Source of the DNA: Tubiluchus corallicola
Lineage: Eukaryota; Animalia; Priapulida
Reading direction: 5' to 3'
Length of the DNA: 64,000 nucleotides
NCBI GenBank assembly: GCA_030141605.1
Contig: JAQGDQ010000003.1
Coordinates: forward strand, 1,674,001 to 1,738,000
Position 1 is the stretch's first letter, and each line of letters starts with the position of its first letter. Shown one piece after another: positions 63,398-64,000 of the stretch. Both the position numbers and the translations under genes were made by a program. The notes under the pieces are model-generated. The model had not been told where the DNA came from. It saw only the letters and a program-made list of their open reading frames with translations, and did no database searches.

Positions 63398-64000
63398 CTG
63401 GAAAACAAAACAAACATCAATTTAAAAGAAGGCTTGTTTATTTTAAGAGTCTGTAAAGAATAAGCAATAAGTGCTATTAGTACTTTGAATGAAAACAAAC
63501 AGATGAAGAGCACCACTTTTCATATGTAAGACTACTATTTGCCTTAATGCTTCCTAAATGCTAAAACAAAATAAATCCAGCCACTTGTCCATTAAATCCA
63601 GAATTGGATCAACTATATAGATGTGTAATTTTTATCATTACTGTACCATTTTACTAGGAGATGACAAGACTGACACGATACAATTCCATTCACGTTTAAT
63701 AATATTTATCATCATATCAGATTAACTAGGTGGATCTCTCAAATCAAATGTGTAATAAAACCACTGATTAAAAATAAAATAGTTGAGTAGTATACTAATC
63801 ACAAGAAAAATATCCATTTAATTTCAGAGGAGAAACCTCAATGGTGCTATATCAGCGATGATCATGATCAAACAACTACAAAGACCGAATTACTTCAAGA
63901 CGGAAATTACACAAGAGGACATTGACTGACAGAATTTCCCTGCCTGATTGTAAACCTATTCTGTTAAAAAATTGGCCGCCATTAGGAATAAATGTCTAGG

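Overview
AT-rich, intron-rich eukaryotic DNA, most likely from a protostome invertebrate (inferred from the IR-type receptor and cuticlin-like ZP module). I rebuilt five spliced genes by hand from GT-AG sites and reading-frame phase. (1) A 14-exon, ~1310-aa transmembrane ZP-domain protein with two tandem ZP-N domains (+, 1746-11875). (2) HOGA1, 7 coding exons, 347 aa (-, 13718-19224). (3) A calsarcin/synaptopodin-motif, Q/P-rich probable muscle Z-disc protein (-, 23675-28098). (4) A short ATD-less variant ionotropic glutamate receptor, IR-like, ~467 aa (+, 36213-44578). (5) The last five exons of an STK32/YANK kinase (-, 48795-63397), which continues beyond the window. Introns and spacers hold two Gypsy pol relics, RTE and CR1 LINE fragments, three tRNA-Thr-like SINEs, several MITE/foldback elements, microsatellites and a ~54-bp degenerate repeat array. 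I found no prokaryote-type system such as CRISPR, and nothing I can firmly call a new system. The best leads are the ZP architecture, the minimal IR, the repeat array and an inverted SINE pair in a probable 3'UTR. No database searches were run; all family calls come from motif recognition.
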